Below, one piece after another: positions 1 to 12,948 of a stretch of 64,000 bases of DNA. A program made the translations under genes and the position numbers. The notes under the pieces are model-generated. The model saw only the letters and a program-made list of their open reading frames with translations, had not been told where the DNA came from and ran no database searches. This DNA is from Octopus bimaculoides (taxonomy: Eukaryota), in NCBI RefSeq assembly GCF_001194135.2, contig NC_068981.1:58823923-58887922 (forward strand). Direction: 5' to 3'. How positions within the stretch are numbered: the first letter of the stretch is position 1; each line of letters begins with the position of its first letter.

Positions 1-40
1 GTGTATATATATGTGTATATATATATGTATATATATATAT

Positions 41-380
41 ATCATCATCATCATCGTCGTTTAACGTCTGCTTTCCATGCTAGCATGGGTTGGACAATTT
101 GACTGAGGACTGGTGAAACCAGATGGCTACATTAGGCTCCAATCTGATTTGGCAGAGTTTCTACAGCTGGATGCCCTTCCTAACACCAACCACTCAGAGA
201 GTGTAGTGGGTGCTTTTACATGTCACCCGCACGAAGGCCAGTCAGGCGGTACTGGCAACGGCCACGCTCAAATGGTGTATTTTATGTGCCACCTGCACAA
301 GAGCCAGTCCAGGAGCACTGGCAACGATCTCGCTCGAAAATCCTACGAAGGCCAGTCAGGCGGTACTGGCAATGGCCACG
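41..380 (-). mobile_element. Short retroposon with (GAT)n tail and RTE-like 3' end, 5'-truncated
   Basis: (TCA)n followed by gtttaacgtc.gctttccatgctagcatgggttggac. Other copies lie at 591, 2880 and ~5725. It contains three internal ~36-bp subrepeats. Confidence 0.75.
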
Positions 381-557
381 ATACGTGTATATATATATAT
401 GTTTTTATATATGTGTGTATGTATGTATATATATGTGTGTTTGTATGTATATATATATGTATGTATATATATGTGTGTGTATGTATGTATATATATGTGT
501 ATATTTTTTATGTGTTTGTGTATATATATGTATATATACATATGTATGTTTATGTAT

Positions 558-590
<33 letters not shown>

Positions 591-593
<3 letters not shown>

Positions 594-748
594 TCATCAT
601 CATCATCATCGTTTAACGTCCGCTTTCCATGCTAGCATGGGTTGGACGATTTGACTGAGGACTGGTGAAACCGGATGGCAACACCAGGCTCCAGTCTGAT
701 TTGGCAGAGTTTCTACAGCTGGATGCCCTTCCTAACGCCAACCACTCA
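591..748 (-). mobile_element. Second, tandem copy of the same retroposon 3' end
   Basis: Near-identical to 41-200 and separated from it by a TA/TG microsatellite. Confidence 0.8.
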
Positions 749-1970
749 AATAAGTAACAAGGACATCAAGGCATGAATGTAATATGGACGTTTCAGGTGG
801 CCCTATGTAATCGAACAATGCGAGCATTACAACAATTTGAAACACAGTGCCATCTTCAGCTGCAAAATTACAGATTTTCAATAGACAGGATATTGTATTA
901 TAATTTTTAGCAAATATTTCATCAGAGCTGGAGAATGAAAGAATTGCATGCTGCCACCATTGTAGCAGAAATAAACTATGAGATAAAACAATTACAATTT
1001 TGAAATGGCAGAAGTGGATCACAGTGGGGGTCAAGGGATTGCAATTCATTTCCAATTTTTATCTATCTCTTTATCATCATGAAAAGATCTAATGCAGCTA
1101 GTATGCTGCATTTATTGAAAATTAAGACCAGTAGTGACATATTCCACTCAGAAGTTTAAAGTAGAAGCCATTTCCCAAAAATGCCTTGCTGTGGGGATTA
1201 AAAGTGGAACTGTTTTGTTTGGAATTGAAATTCTAAACCAGACAACCATTATTGGGGGTTCACTGATGTCTTACCTCAGCATATATTAACTCTAAGCATA
1301 CTACTAGTGTTTATTATATGAGCTTTAATGTTGAAATTTAAGGGTTTTCTCTTTTCCTTTATTTTCGTAATCTAATTGATGCTTTTTGTTCAAATGAATT
1401 TATTGGTTGGATTGTCTAGTTGAGAGGGTACTACCTTGTAAAACAGTTGGTGAGTCATAATCTATTGCACACAGTGTGTCATGTCTATGCTCAAACACTT
1501 CACTCTCAACAATGTCAGTGACTGAGATCACTTACCAATTTCATGCTCTTGGATGGTGTTGTTTGCTGCTCTCAGTTGGTGCAGCAGTGAAAAATTACTC
1601 AATGTTGAGTATCAGTGCCAAGATCAAGTGTACTTTTTCATTGAATCATTGCATAAACAGCAAGTCCTTGGTTGTACTACATCAGCTTTATAAGTTTAGA
1701 GGATCTGAGAAGTTCTAAGCTTGTTAGCAGGTGAGACAAATGTACATTGGGTTAAGATCTAAGTCAGGAGATGCTGCTGTTATTTCTTGTAATTTGAGAA
1801 CCTGTGTAGAGGCTCTACCATTGGCTTGGCCTTTCTTAAGTTGATATTCATGTACAGTATCTACTTGCCAACAGATTACCATGCTCATGACATACAAATC
1901 CTGGATCTTTCATGCTGGTCTTGTTTGCTCCTTTTATCATATTTAATCTATTCCAATTTCTGCATTTCAG

Positions 1971-2049
1971 ATGCATGATGACTTGCTGATAGCTGTTTCC
2001 AGTGCTCTAACACAGTGCCTGCAGCGAGAGGAGATTCTAGAAAAAACTG
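1971..2049 (+). CDS. Coding exon of an unidentified host gene (MHDDLLIAVSSALTQCLQREEILEKT, phase 0 to phase 1)
   Basis: Polypyrimidine acceptor tttctgcatttcag, 79-bp open exon, donor gtaaga. Its phase matches the next exon. Confidence 0.75.
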
Positions 2050-2532
2050 GTAAGAAATCTCTTTATGGAATCTATACAATAATAATTAATGAAAGAAAAA
2101 AGTTAGAAAACACGTAACCATAACCTATATATGAATGCTCTATAAATGATTAATGATTACAGAGATAACAGGTACTAATCTGTATAAAGTTTGGATTACT
2201 GAGCTGGTGAGAGTGAAGTGTCTTGGTCATAAACACAGTGCATTTCCTCAATAACCCTTCTGTTGATAATCTTGAAGTAAATTTCAGCTCATTTTTCAGT
2301 CTGTCTTGTTTATGAGAGGTATCATAGGCATAAGCTTAAGGCTATAGTTGGTGGGGTCACAGAAAAAGATATTCTTTTAGACTTTAAGCTTTGATAAAAT
2401 TCTCCAGTTGGTGACAATAGACAAGCATAAAATAATTCATGATATATATTTTTCATAAATTCTTAGTTAAGTCTCCAGCATACTTTGTACACCTTGCTCA
2501 TTTTTTATATATTTTTTTAAATGTATTTTCAG

Positions 2533-2582
2533 CTTTTCTTGGTTTACAAAGCCTGAAATGGTTTATTAAGTTAAATGAAGGG
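2533..2582 (+). CDS. Coding exon (AFLGLQSLKWFIKLNEG, phase 1 to phase 0)
   Basis: Acceptor tgtattttcag, 50 bp, consensus donor gtaagt. It bridges the phases of the two flanking exons exactly. Confidence 0.75.
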
Positions 2583-2879
2583 GTAAGTTTCAGTTCTATA
2601 GCTTTCTATGCGAATAGTGTAAGAAACTAATGCTTAAATTTTTGCGAAAATTACATGAATATCACCCTCATTACCACAATTTAATGTCCACTTTTCCATT
2701 GGTCAGACAAAATGTTTTTGAGGCAGATGGTTTTATGGCGAGATACCCTTCCTGTTACCAACCTTCACCTATTTCCAAGCAAGGTGATATTTTCTCATAG
2801 ACATATTTTACATGGAAGACCGGAAACAAACAATCTCACTTTGTACGGAAGTGATGCTCATTTACATCATCAAAGCATC

Positions 2880-3062
2880 AGTGCTGGTGGCATGTAGAAA
2901 GCACTGTCTGTGAAGTAGTTGGCGTTAGGAAAGGTATCCAGCTGTAGAAACCATGCTAAGCATACAATAGAATCTGGTGCAATTCTCTGGCTTGCCAGCT
3001 CCTGTCAGACTATCCAGCCCATGCCAATATGAAAATAGACATTGAATGATGATGAAGTGATG
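2880..3062 (+). mobile_element. Diverged plus-strand copy of the same retroposon, intronic
   Basis: ttggcgttaggaaaggtatccagctgtagaaac...cccatgccaatatgaaaatagacattgaatgatgatga. Confidence 0.7.
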
Positions 3063-3158
3063 TCAAGACAAGGGTTCTTTACTGCAAAACATCAATGTCA
3101 GTCCCTTCTATACCTTAAAATTCCTAACTGACACAAAGCCACACTACCTCTCAGTATA

Positions 3159-3238
<80 letters not shown>

Positions 3239-3571
3239 GCAAGAGAGTTAGGGGTTGAGGATTCAACCCACTAAGGGATAGTATCTATCCAGTATACTGC
3301 TGGGAGGGTACCCAATTATTGTTACACTAGTGTTATACCAAGTGTAATAAGTGGGTGCGGGTAAAAGGGGGTTATTTTACCTTAAATTTATATAGCAATA
3401 AGAAAATGGAGGAGAATATGCAATATCCATCGACTTGCAGACAGTGTATTCCATTGAATTAATTTGTTTATTTTGTAACTAAAATGACAAAAACCACAAT
3501 ATACAGATGCTTATGACATACCATGTCATATCAACAATTAAGGTTACAAATATAAATATTTTTTTTATCAG

Positions 3572-3688
3572 GTATGTGCCTTGGTTAAAATGATGGAGCT
3601 GAATTACCAAAGTCTTTCTCAGAAGTCATCTCGTGTTAAAGAAACATGTGAACAGATAAATAATATCCTGAGGCAGTTGAATGATTGA
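3572..3688 (+). CDS. Terminal coding exon (VCALVKMMELNYQSLSQKSSRVKETCEQINNILRQLND*)
   Basis: Acceptor ttttttttatcag, phase 0, 39 codons ending in TGA. The spliced product is an open 81-aa C-terminus that looks helical. Confidence 0.72.
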   Translation, partial: VCALVKMMELNYQSLSQKSSRVKETCEQINNILRQLND

Positions 3689-4219
3689 CCAGTGCCATCT
3701 CAAGATTTAACATCTATTATTTAACACACTTAAATCATTTATTTGAACCATCTGTATGATATACACATACATCAAGGAGAAACAGTTGTATATTTGACCA
3801 ATGTTCTGCCAACAAATGTTAACATCTTTTAAATTATGTATTTTGTTATCCTTGTTAAGTTGTCTGATGATGGTGGGCTAGCGTAGAAGGGCATGGATTA
3901 AATGCTTTGCAATATTTAGTTTCATGCCACCAGCATCACATTTACCTCTAAGATTGATTTTTAAAAATAACCATAATACACTAATATTGATTCAATCAAC
4001 TATACTCTCTCTGCTATAAAAGATTGGCATAGTGCCTAGTTTGGAAAAAAAAAAAAATAACCCATCTATATGTTATACTCATAGAAATGAAAGAGCACAA
4101 TAACTGCTGCAAAAAATTATCACCACCAACAAATAATGGAATACAAAGTTATGTTTTATGTAATAGGAAAATTGTTACTCTGTATTTTGAAAGTCAACTC
4201 TATACATTTACTAATCCAT

Positions 4220-4268
<49 letters not shown>

Positions 4269-5819
4269 CACACACACTTGCATTTGAGAAATAAGATTCG
4301 TCTTTGGATTTCATCTTTGGAACAATGGAACAATTTCTTAAGCAGGACTTTAAGAATATAAATATCGAGGAAATTATGAGAAGAAAAGAAACATCTTTCC
4401 ATGAAAAGAAGACTAATGCAAACAGAACAAAACACTGAAGGGAACACTTGAAATAGATTTTCTTGTAGTTGGTGTTTAAAGAAGACATTCTAGTATGACC
4501 AATTTGTTTCATCAACACTGTTTCACTATTTTTTCTGCAGTTCATCTTGACTCTTTCAATTTTTTTCTTTGTGATTACTTTCTTTGAAATAGTTTCACAT
4601 TAGCATTTTTACCATTCACACCCATATATATATATATATGAGGTTGTGTGTATAAGCTTTTGCTGTACGACTGATGATGATAATTCCTGAGCACTATTTT
4701 GAACTGGACAAAGTTAACACATTCCCTGTGACACATTTTAGCTGAAGACTGACTTTATTTTGTTTTCTCTTTTTTGTATGAATTTACGAACAATAAATTC
4801 ATCAGATATTTGGGTTTCGAAGATAAATCCACTGGGCTAATATCTATAGTTTACTGCAGCTCTGATGGATCAACTGACAAGAGGTTTTAGTGCACTTGTC
4901 TCTCAAATATTTGGATCCTCTTGACAGGGCTGGTTGCAAACTTCAGTATTTGAGACCATGTCCCAGCTTCCGGAAACTGCATAAATGCAGTGAGTTTGCA
5001 GTGGTACAGAACCAGAAGGATTATAATTTTACTTTTAACAAAAGTTAAACATATTTCCTGGCAACTGCAGAAACTCTGTGCTGGCTTAGTTTTACCAAGG
5101 ATGTAAAATATAAATTTTCATTTTAAACTCTGTATATCAACATAAATTATGGTTGTTAAACAAATGGTTGTGCATTTATACAGAATGGATTGTTTGTGTG
5201 CATGTGTGTGTGTTTGCATGTGTGTTTGTGTGTGAAGTAAAAAGATTATTTAATAAAAGAATTTTAATTAGTATAAACTCCACTTCTGTTGTGCTAATTC
5301 TTTTGTAAATTGCATTGAGGTCATAAATTTCCATGAATTCCTTTCCATTTTCCAGGTTTCAGACTCAAGTTTTGTTTTTAATGTAATTTAATATTCTTTT
5401 CTTCTCTTTTATTTCATCTGAAAAATGAACCACTTTTCATAGTAGGTGTCAACAGCTACAGCAAAAGATAAACTGTGTATAAACAGAATTTATGATTTGG
5501 TTTTCTTTTCAGATGAAGCAATTTTGATTCTTCTTTACTATGATACACTTTGGAAAGTCATGAATATTCATTACCTCTCTTATAAAACCTGGGTTTTTTG
5601 TCCACTTAGAAAGAAACCAAATTCTTTCTGATTAAAGGAAAGCTGAATTGCAAGGATTGTTATTTCAAATTCAATTCTTTTCAGTGTTCTATATTCTATG
5701 TTATGATTTTATGCTCACTTTTTAGTGTTGGCATGGGTTGGACAAGTTTACTGAGGTGTTTTTTTCTTTTTTAGTAGGATGCCCTTCCTGTGGCCAAACC
5801 TTTTCATTACTTTGTACAT

Positions 5820-6120
5820 GTTCAGTTGGATGTGCAATGAAAGTATGCATGCGAGATGTAGTACAGAGGTGGTGAGAGAAAGATGAGGCATAAGAGGAAT
5901 CAGATGTAGCAAGAAAGAAGACTGTGTTGGTATGGACATATGTGTATGAATGAGGACAGCTGTAAAAGAAGTGCTGATCATTTAATGTGAATGGAACCTG
6001 CAGAAGAGGGAAGCTCAGGAAGACATAGGATGAAGTAGTGAAGGCTGATATTAGATCCTTCAATTTCATGGAGCAGATGACAGACCAGGATGACAGGCTA
6101 TGTGCAGATTTTGAGATTTG
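5820..6120 (+). mobile_element. RTE-clade LINE C-terminal remnant
   Basis: Frameshift-tolerant translation gives RRLCWYGH...MNEDSC...RRGKLRKT*DEVVKADI, matching the RTE pattern RLRWxGHV...RGRPRKTW. Confidence 0.75.
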
Positions 6121-6816
6121 CCCATCTCAGCAAAACTCTTTTCTGGTAGCACTGTGTGTATATAAATGTACACAACTGGGTCCTTTGCTCAGTTTCCTTC
6201 TTCAAGATACCTCCAACTCTTCAACTCCATAACTGCAGCTCTTCTTCATACCACTTTTCAACTGCTCAGAACTATTTCACTTGTTACACCCCCTTCATTC
6301 ATTAACACTGCTCTCTCTGCCCACACTGTCATTGATCACCCACCCTACCTAATTATCTTCCCTCCTTCCCCATGCTCCTATGCCTGTCTCTCTCTTGTCC
6401 ACCCATACCTACAATCTACCCAACATCATGTTATCTTTCTTGACCTTCCATCCACTATATTGCCATTATTCTGCTGCTCCCCACTGTCACCTATTTACTC
6501 CCCCTTCCCCAATAGCATTGTTTGTGGTTTCCTACCTTCCCTTCTTTTACTCATTCAGAACTATGTCTCTCCTCCTTACTCTCTTACAACCTCCACCCAT
6601 CTACACTTATAGTCTCTCTGCCCCACTCATTTCTACCCACCTTATACCTTAAGGGACCAACCTGACACTGCATCACTAATATTTCTATGGTATTCCAGCA
6701 CCACCCAATCAGTTGCACTGTCTCTTCTAAAATACAAATAGTCAGATAGATCCTCTATGTCAAGAAACTTGTTCTACTCTACCCCCTTCTCTCATACATT
6801 TACCCTTTGTATAATA

Positions 6817-7380
6817 TATTGAGTCATCCCATAAATAATGCAGTTTTTTAATACATTTATTTTTCAAAATTAAGATAAAGTTCTTTTTTAATCTAAAATA
6901 AACTCTCCTTCATTTTCTACAATGCTCTTCCATCTATCTGGTAGACTTGCAAGGCCCCTCTTCCAAAATTCACTTGTCCGTGATGAAAATACTCTCCCAC
7001 ATACTGTTCTGACCGCATCTACAGAATTTATTCTTTTTCTGTCCAAATGATTTTGAATACTGTGGAATAAATGATAATCAGATGGGTTAATGTTTGGCAA
7101 ATACGGTGAGTGAGGCATTGTTTCGCATTCAAACTGATTCAGCCTTTGGAATGTCATCCTTGCTGTATGTGGTCAAGCATTATTCTGATGGATGAACACC
7201 TTTTATCTTGAAACCAAAGATGGTTGTTTTTCTTCTAGCACTAACTTGAATGACTGGTTGAATGACCAAATCCAAGCTTCTCTGCTAGTTCCTCAACAGT
7301 TACCAAGGGATTTTGTTCCACCAGGGTTTACAGGATGTCCTTGTTGGGCTCTGCAGATCTTCCAGGATTAGGCTCATCTT
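6817..7380 (-). mobile_element. mariner deletion derivative (HTH joined to C-terminus, one TIR)
   Basis: EDEPNPGRS...ELAEKLGFGHST joined to KQPSLVSR*KVFIHQNNA*PH...PYLPNINPSDYHLF. TIR after TA reads ttgagtcatcccataaataatgcag. Confidence 0.85.
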
Positions 7381-7591
7381 CTTGAATTACAGGCACAACA
7401 GAAACAGGAAGTAAGAGTGAGAGAAAGTTGTGGTGAAAGAGTACAGCAGGGTTCGCCACCATCCCCTGCCGGAGCCTCGTAGAACTTTAGGTGTTTTCGC
7501 TCAATAAACACTCACAACGCCCGGTCTGGGAATCGAAACCGCGATCCTATGACCGCGAGTCCGCTGCCCCACTGGGCCATTGCGCCTCCAC
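7381..7591 (-). mobile_element. tRNA-derived SINE, 5' half (same family as 40769-41150)
   Basis: Reverse complement has A-box TGGCCCAGTGG and B-box GGTTTCGATTCC; near-identical to 40938-41150. Confidence 0.9.
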
Positions 7592-8559
7592 TAAAATAAA
7601 ATAAAATAAACAGACATATAAGTAAAATAGAATATATCCACATGCATCTATATATGGACGGATGTACATTTCGAACAAATATTCTTAGCTTAGGGTCAAG
7701 CCCACATATAAGGTAATGTATATAGTTTGATCCTCACATTTAACTACTTTTAAAACATACATACATACATACAAACATACATACATATGCACGTACCTAC
7801 ATAATTACACACATACATACATATGTATGATAGCTATTTTTGCGCTATAACACTAGGAAGAGTTACTTCCCTTCGAGTTTATGTCTCCATGTAGTTAACA
7901 CGAACTTTATTCTAACAGATTTTTTGGGCGCAAGTACTTGACTGCTGATACTTATTTTATCAACCCATGAAGGATGTCAGGAAAGGTTAATCTGGATTCG
8001 AATTCAGAGCATAGAACAACTAACTAAATATCATAAATCACTCCGCCAGACTTTGGCGGAATTTGAACTCAGAACTTAAAGGGATGGATAAAATACCTCA
8101 CAGCATTTTGTCCGACATTAATGAAAGACCGATATTGATAAATAATTTTATTATAAATGTTAGTTATTAACTATACTACATTGTTTTCTTAATTTTTGAA
8201 ATGTTATTCTCACATCTTGTGGATTGCCGAGAAACTATTAATGATATTAGTTTAGTTATGAAAAGTGAAAAACATTTNNNNNNNNNNNNNNNNNNNNNNN
8301 NNNNNNNNNNNNNNNNNNNNNNNNNNNNNNNNNNNNNNNNNNNNNNNNNNNNNNNNNNNNNNNNNNNNNNNNNNNNNNNNNNNNNNNNNNNNNNNNNNNN
8401 NNNNNNNNNNNNNNNNNNNNATTTGTCTCAGCATAAGATAATTTCTTAATTTAAAGATCTTCACTTGTTATATTTGGATCCACACTTTTAATACGAAATG
8501 AGTCAATCTTTTGGTTAATCGGTAATGATGATGATGATAGTAACAATTCTTGCGAGCTG

Positions 8560-10480
8560 TGGAAATACCCGTCTGACAAACGGAAACCACGCGTGTTCAC
8601 CGTCAAGGAATTACTGGAGATGTTGCAGCTTCAGTGCTTGTTTGTGTATCATTAACCACGGTATGCCAAGATTACCACTCAGTGGGTGTTGAAAGAAAAT
8701 GAAGTGTCTGATCAGTGAAACGCTCCCCTCCACAGAAAGTGGGAGAACAGGCGCTGAGCCGGAGAGCAAGACACAATGGTCAGGCGCTAATAAAGTCATG
8801 TGAACGTTCGTCACCTCTGTCCAACCTTTCAAAACTAGCTTTCTCTCGGTTCATTTCTGAGTGAGACTAGCCACTACTCGCTACCTCATCCCAGTTCTTC
8901 TCCACCTGGAGATCTGTACCATACCAGGTCCCGAGCAATTTAACTGGTCTGTTCGTTCAGTGCTCCACGGCGCTATTGAACGGTATAGATTTGCCTTTAC
9001 AGGTGTTGAGCTGCAGGTCCACTGACTTTCTATAATTGGTTTTTGCTCCTGTCACTGCTTTGCAGTTCTTTATAGCAGTGTTGGTCGCCTCGAGGTGCTT
9101 AATATCGACATTAATACAGTGATGTCGAGGTGCTTAATATCGACATTAATACAGTGATGTCGACACGGTTCTTTTGTGTCCTAGTTTGCGCGAGATGCCT
9201 CTCAACTTTTCCAGTTTCCGCAATAGTGGCTTAAGTATCAGTACATAAAGAAGAGGTGAGAAGGGACAACATTGACGGACTAAGTGAATAATACTGAATG
9301 TTTCGATAGGTGACCATTTATCCAAACCGCGGTACATTTCGGCGATTTATTCATGGAAGCCAGGACCGAAACCGAGTGTCGTGAGGACTGTCATTAAGTA
9401 CTAGTGGTCGATCCTATCAAAGGTTTTCGATTGATCTAAATTGATCAATACACTACTCACTCTAGATTCTTTACTTCTCCTCTCTAATGTTTCACATGAA
9501 AAGGAGGTTGTGGATAGATCAGTTTGGGATGCTGCATATCTGTGCATCTCTAATCAGACCATCAACTACAAGCGCCAACCGTCAACCTCCTTGCTAACAC
9601 TTTGGCCAAAATTTTAAAATCTGCGTTTAGTGTAGCTATGGGCAGAAAATTATCTATGTGCTCACCCTTGTTTGGGTTCCTTCTCAGCAGTGACACTGCC
9701 TCCCGAATCACAGAACTAGGAATTGTCCCGTTCTACTACCAGTTGTAGTAAATGTTTGTTAAGAGGTCTCTAAATATGTCGAGCATGTAAAAGTAAAGCT
9801 TGTAGGGCAGACCATCCAAACTAGGCAATTTGTCTGCTGGGAAGACAGCCATAACTTTCCGTATTTCTGCGGCTATTATCGGCTTATCGCAACACTTTGT
9901 TTCTCTCGTCGAGAGGCGCGATAGGCTGTGGAGATTGGCACTGAAGTCCATGTTGCGATCCAGCCTACCTTCTGTCCCGAACAGTTGAGCTGCACACATC
10001 TCAGGTTCGAATAACACGCACCCATCATGGCCTGTTAAAGACCGAATTGTGGCTTTGTGGCTATGTTGTGTCTGTGTCACTCAGGCCCATCGGATAGCTT
10101 TCGTCCTTTCTTTTCTTAGAGCACGTGCTATAGCTCTGACAACGTAACCTTTGTACTTTGTATTAAAGAATTGTTCAAGGGCCAACTTCACCGTTAGTAC
10201 ACCGGCGGTGATGCTTTCCTAAGCGCTTCTGCTAAGTTTATAACTAGGTCTCCCTCAAATCTATTTTTTTCTGTTGCGATTTTCTTACTAAACCTTATTG
10301 ATTCTACTTAAATCGCCCTTTTTAGAGCGTACTTCAATTTGTTATGTATGATTGCTCTTGTCAACGCCTGCTTAAGTATTTCGCTAATATAATCTCTGTA
10401 AGTTACGAGTGACGCGTTCAGCTTCCAGTAACCAGGTCTCTGCCTAGATTCACTCTGCAGATCACATACTTGTGGTCTGT
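8560..10480 (-). mobile_element. Tx1/L1-clade LINE ORF2 remnant (end of APE endonuclease, RT fragments)
   Basis: TDHKYV...PGYWKLNASL, KLPSLDGLPYKLY, VRQCCPFSPLLYVLILKPLL, LKLQHLQ*FLDGEHAW. Confidence 0.85.
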
Positions 10481-10626
10481 GTAGTCCATTATTTGAACTG
10501 TTCCTGTCTGTTTCTCTGTCTATCTAACTTCTATCTGTGTTTGTATGTGTATGCATATAAATACATACACGTACAGCTACAACCATAAATACTAGTGTGA
10601 AGACGCAATCTTTAAATAGTATCTTT

Positions 10627-10631
<5 letters not shown>

Positions 10632-10667
<36 letters not shown>

Positions 10668-10970
10668 AGAGAGACTGCCTGGCGTTTGTGTGTATACGTT
10701 GCGTGTAGTGCGATGTATATTCGAGTGTACGTTGCACTTGTGTGAGTGTGTATGCTTAGTGTTGAATGTCTGCATTTTGTTGTATATTGTGTATATATAT
10801 ATGTAGCTTTATGTATGTATGTATGTATGTATGTATGTATGTATGTATCTATCTATCTATCTATCTACCTGTCTGTCTGTCTGTTTGTCTGTCTGCCTGT
10901 CTGTCTACATACATATATACGTATGTGTGTATGTGTGTGTGTGTATGTGTACGCGTGTTTACTCTATCCA
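10632..10970. repeat. Compound microsatellite tract (GA, TATG, TATC, TGTC, TG)
   Basis: Read directly from the sequence. Confidence 0.95.
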
Positions 10971-12191
10971 ACGTGCTCTTTTTAAGACGACAGAGTATAT
11001 AATTTGAGATTTCACTGCTACTTCTTGCAGGTCGAGCGACACTGGAGAGTGTATCGTGATAGATATTTGCTGCGTACGTTGTAATTATTGTTGCTGTTGT
11101 TTAGGCCCAGCTCAACTCTAATGGAGTAGATTCATGATGAAAAGTTTTCCAGTAGCCATACTGGATTTAGTCGGTTTGGCTGCCAGCATCAATTCTGTTC
11201 AAATTGATTTCATATTCAGTGTAATGATACACTTTTATTAGCTAATGAATGACGTGAAAATCATTTTCGTTATAAATCAATAAATAAAAAGTTATTAAAG
11301 TTTGAAAATTTTGGTACTTTTAGGCAATCATAAGCCACAGATACATTCATGCCTGTTTTCATAGTAACAAGCGGAACGTGAGAACTTTTTTCTGTGAGAA
11401 AGCACGTGTTGACAAATACATTGAAACCACTTGTTTCACAGATCTGATGACAATTGAGCATGTGAATTTATGTAGCGCAGAGGATCTGAAAGTTATGATT
11501 TGTTTGAGAAATTGATTGAATGCATTTTAAGCTTTCGTTTTCAATGAACTGGTCAGCAAAATGTTTTTTTTCAATATTTAATTTGTAAAATGTTATTTTG
11601 TTTTTAGATAAATCTTTTAAGTTCGTGCTATCGCATTAAATGTATACTGAATGCTTAAAACTACAAAAGACGTGTTGTTTACAAATATTGACAACACGTG
11701 CTATTTTTAGGATGTTGACGACAAAATATGCAGTCACGCATAAAATGACCGCTTCCAATTCCTTTTCCCTGACTGGTTGAAAATGATCAAACTTTAAACC
11801 TCTATAACTTTTTAAAAACATTTTTCTCGAAAAAGTGAAATAACTCCGGCAATTCAGCTTGGAAAAGTATATTATTCTGCCAAATTTTAAAATTTTCGAT
11901 AAACTTTAATTTTTGAAATGCTGGCTAGATCCGCCATCCTGCACTTTTCTTCACTGCAAGAAGAACTATGTTAACAACCGAAAGTTTTTCAAGACGGTCG
12001 GTTGTGATTTGAGGGATATTTGGCTACATTTTCAGTGGGAGGTTGCTACTATGTAGAGGTCATGTTAGTTGTTTCATACTTATATATAAACATACATAAG
12101 ATAGCATGATGAAGTTTGAAGGAGATGTGACTACTATTTCTAACAGATCGAGCGACCATACAGAGGATCTCTCATTGACATGCAACATGCG

Positions 12192-12228
<37 letters not shown>

Positions 12229-12378
12229 ATTGAGTGTTTGTGTGAGGTTGTTTTGTTTATTGTTGCTGTTGTTGAAGTGCGTATGCACGCGTGCGTTTAT
12301 GTGCATGTGTCTGTGTGAAAGGACGCAGTGAAAGCAAACACGGAAAGAACTCCAAAATTTACGGAAGAGAGATATATT

Positions 12379-12948
12379 GGTAATCTTCCAGTTTAGGGAG
12401 GTAAAAAAAGTAAATAAAAATATACAAGGGAAATAACTTAACGTCTTACTAGTATTATCCGTACAACTCTGAAATGTGTTTTTTTTAGCTGTTTATAAAT
12501 AAATCACACACGTGATTTGATTGAAGTTAACTGTTTATATATAAATCACACACGTCATTGAATATCATAGTACCGGCTGAGAGATTCAAAATGCCTCGTG
12601 GAAGACCGGCTGCACAACAACTTATTGTTCCTCAAAATGAAATCCTCACTCGTCAATTAATATTAGAAGAATATTGGAATATTAGTGAATTATGCAGCAG
12701 TACAAGACACAAAATGTTGAAATGGTGTGTGCGCCGTCGGCTTATTAGGAATAAGTTTACCTGCGAGGATTGTTTAGTACCAAGTGGACTTGTTAAAAAA
12801 AAAAAGACACGTGTGTGATTTATTTATAAACAGCTAAAAAAAAAAACACATTTCAGAGTTGTACGGATAATACTAGTAAGACGTTAAGTTATTTCTCTTG
12901 TATATTTTTTATTTCCTTTTTCTACCCCCCCTAAACTGGAAGATTACC
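12379..12948 (+). mobile_element. Merlin (IS1595/ISXO2-like) non-autonomous deletion derivative
   Basis: TIRs at 12379-12514 and 12808-12948 start GGTAATC. Perfect 8-bp TSD GATATATT at 12371-12378 and 12949-12956. Interior encodes MPRGRP...LKWCVRRRLIRNKFTCEDCLVP. Confidence 0.85.

Noticed and set aside
113-654. Long ORFs rich in Y/I/V/C/M, and similar ones at 10.7, 15.1, 42, 45 and 48.6 kb
   Set aside because: They are translations of stop-free microsatellites.
655-675. CTGAGGA-CTGGT-GAAACCGG, hammerhead-like, also at ~104
   Set aside because: There is no room for stem II, no UH triplet and no stem I, and it lies on the antisense strand of the retroposon.
4880-4975. Possible minus-strand terminal exon after tttatgcag
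   Set aside because: No phase-compatible upstream exon was found, and it could be 3' UTR of the plus-strand gene.
5513-5631. Acceptor ttttcttttcag followed by an open frame
   Set aside because: It lies downstream of the stop codon, has no donor, and its phase does not match the 2582 donor.
6160-6700. Pyrimidine-rich 148-aa ORF, and a similar purine-rich stretch at 52850-53110
   Set aside because: Compositional bias with no recognisable motif; probably ancient repeat.
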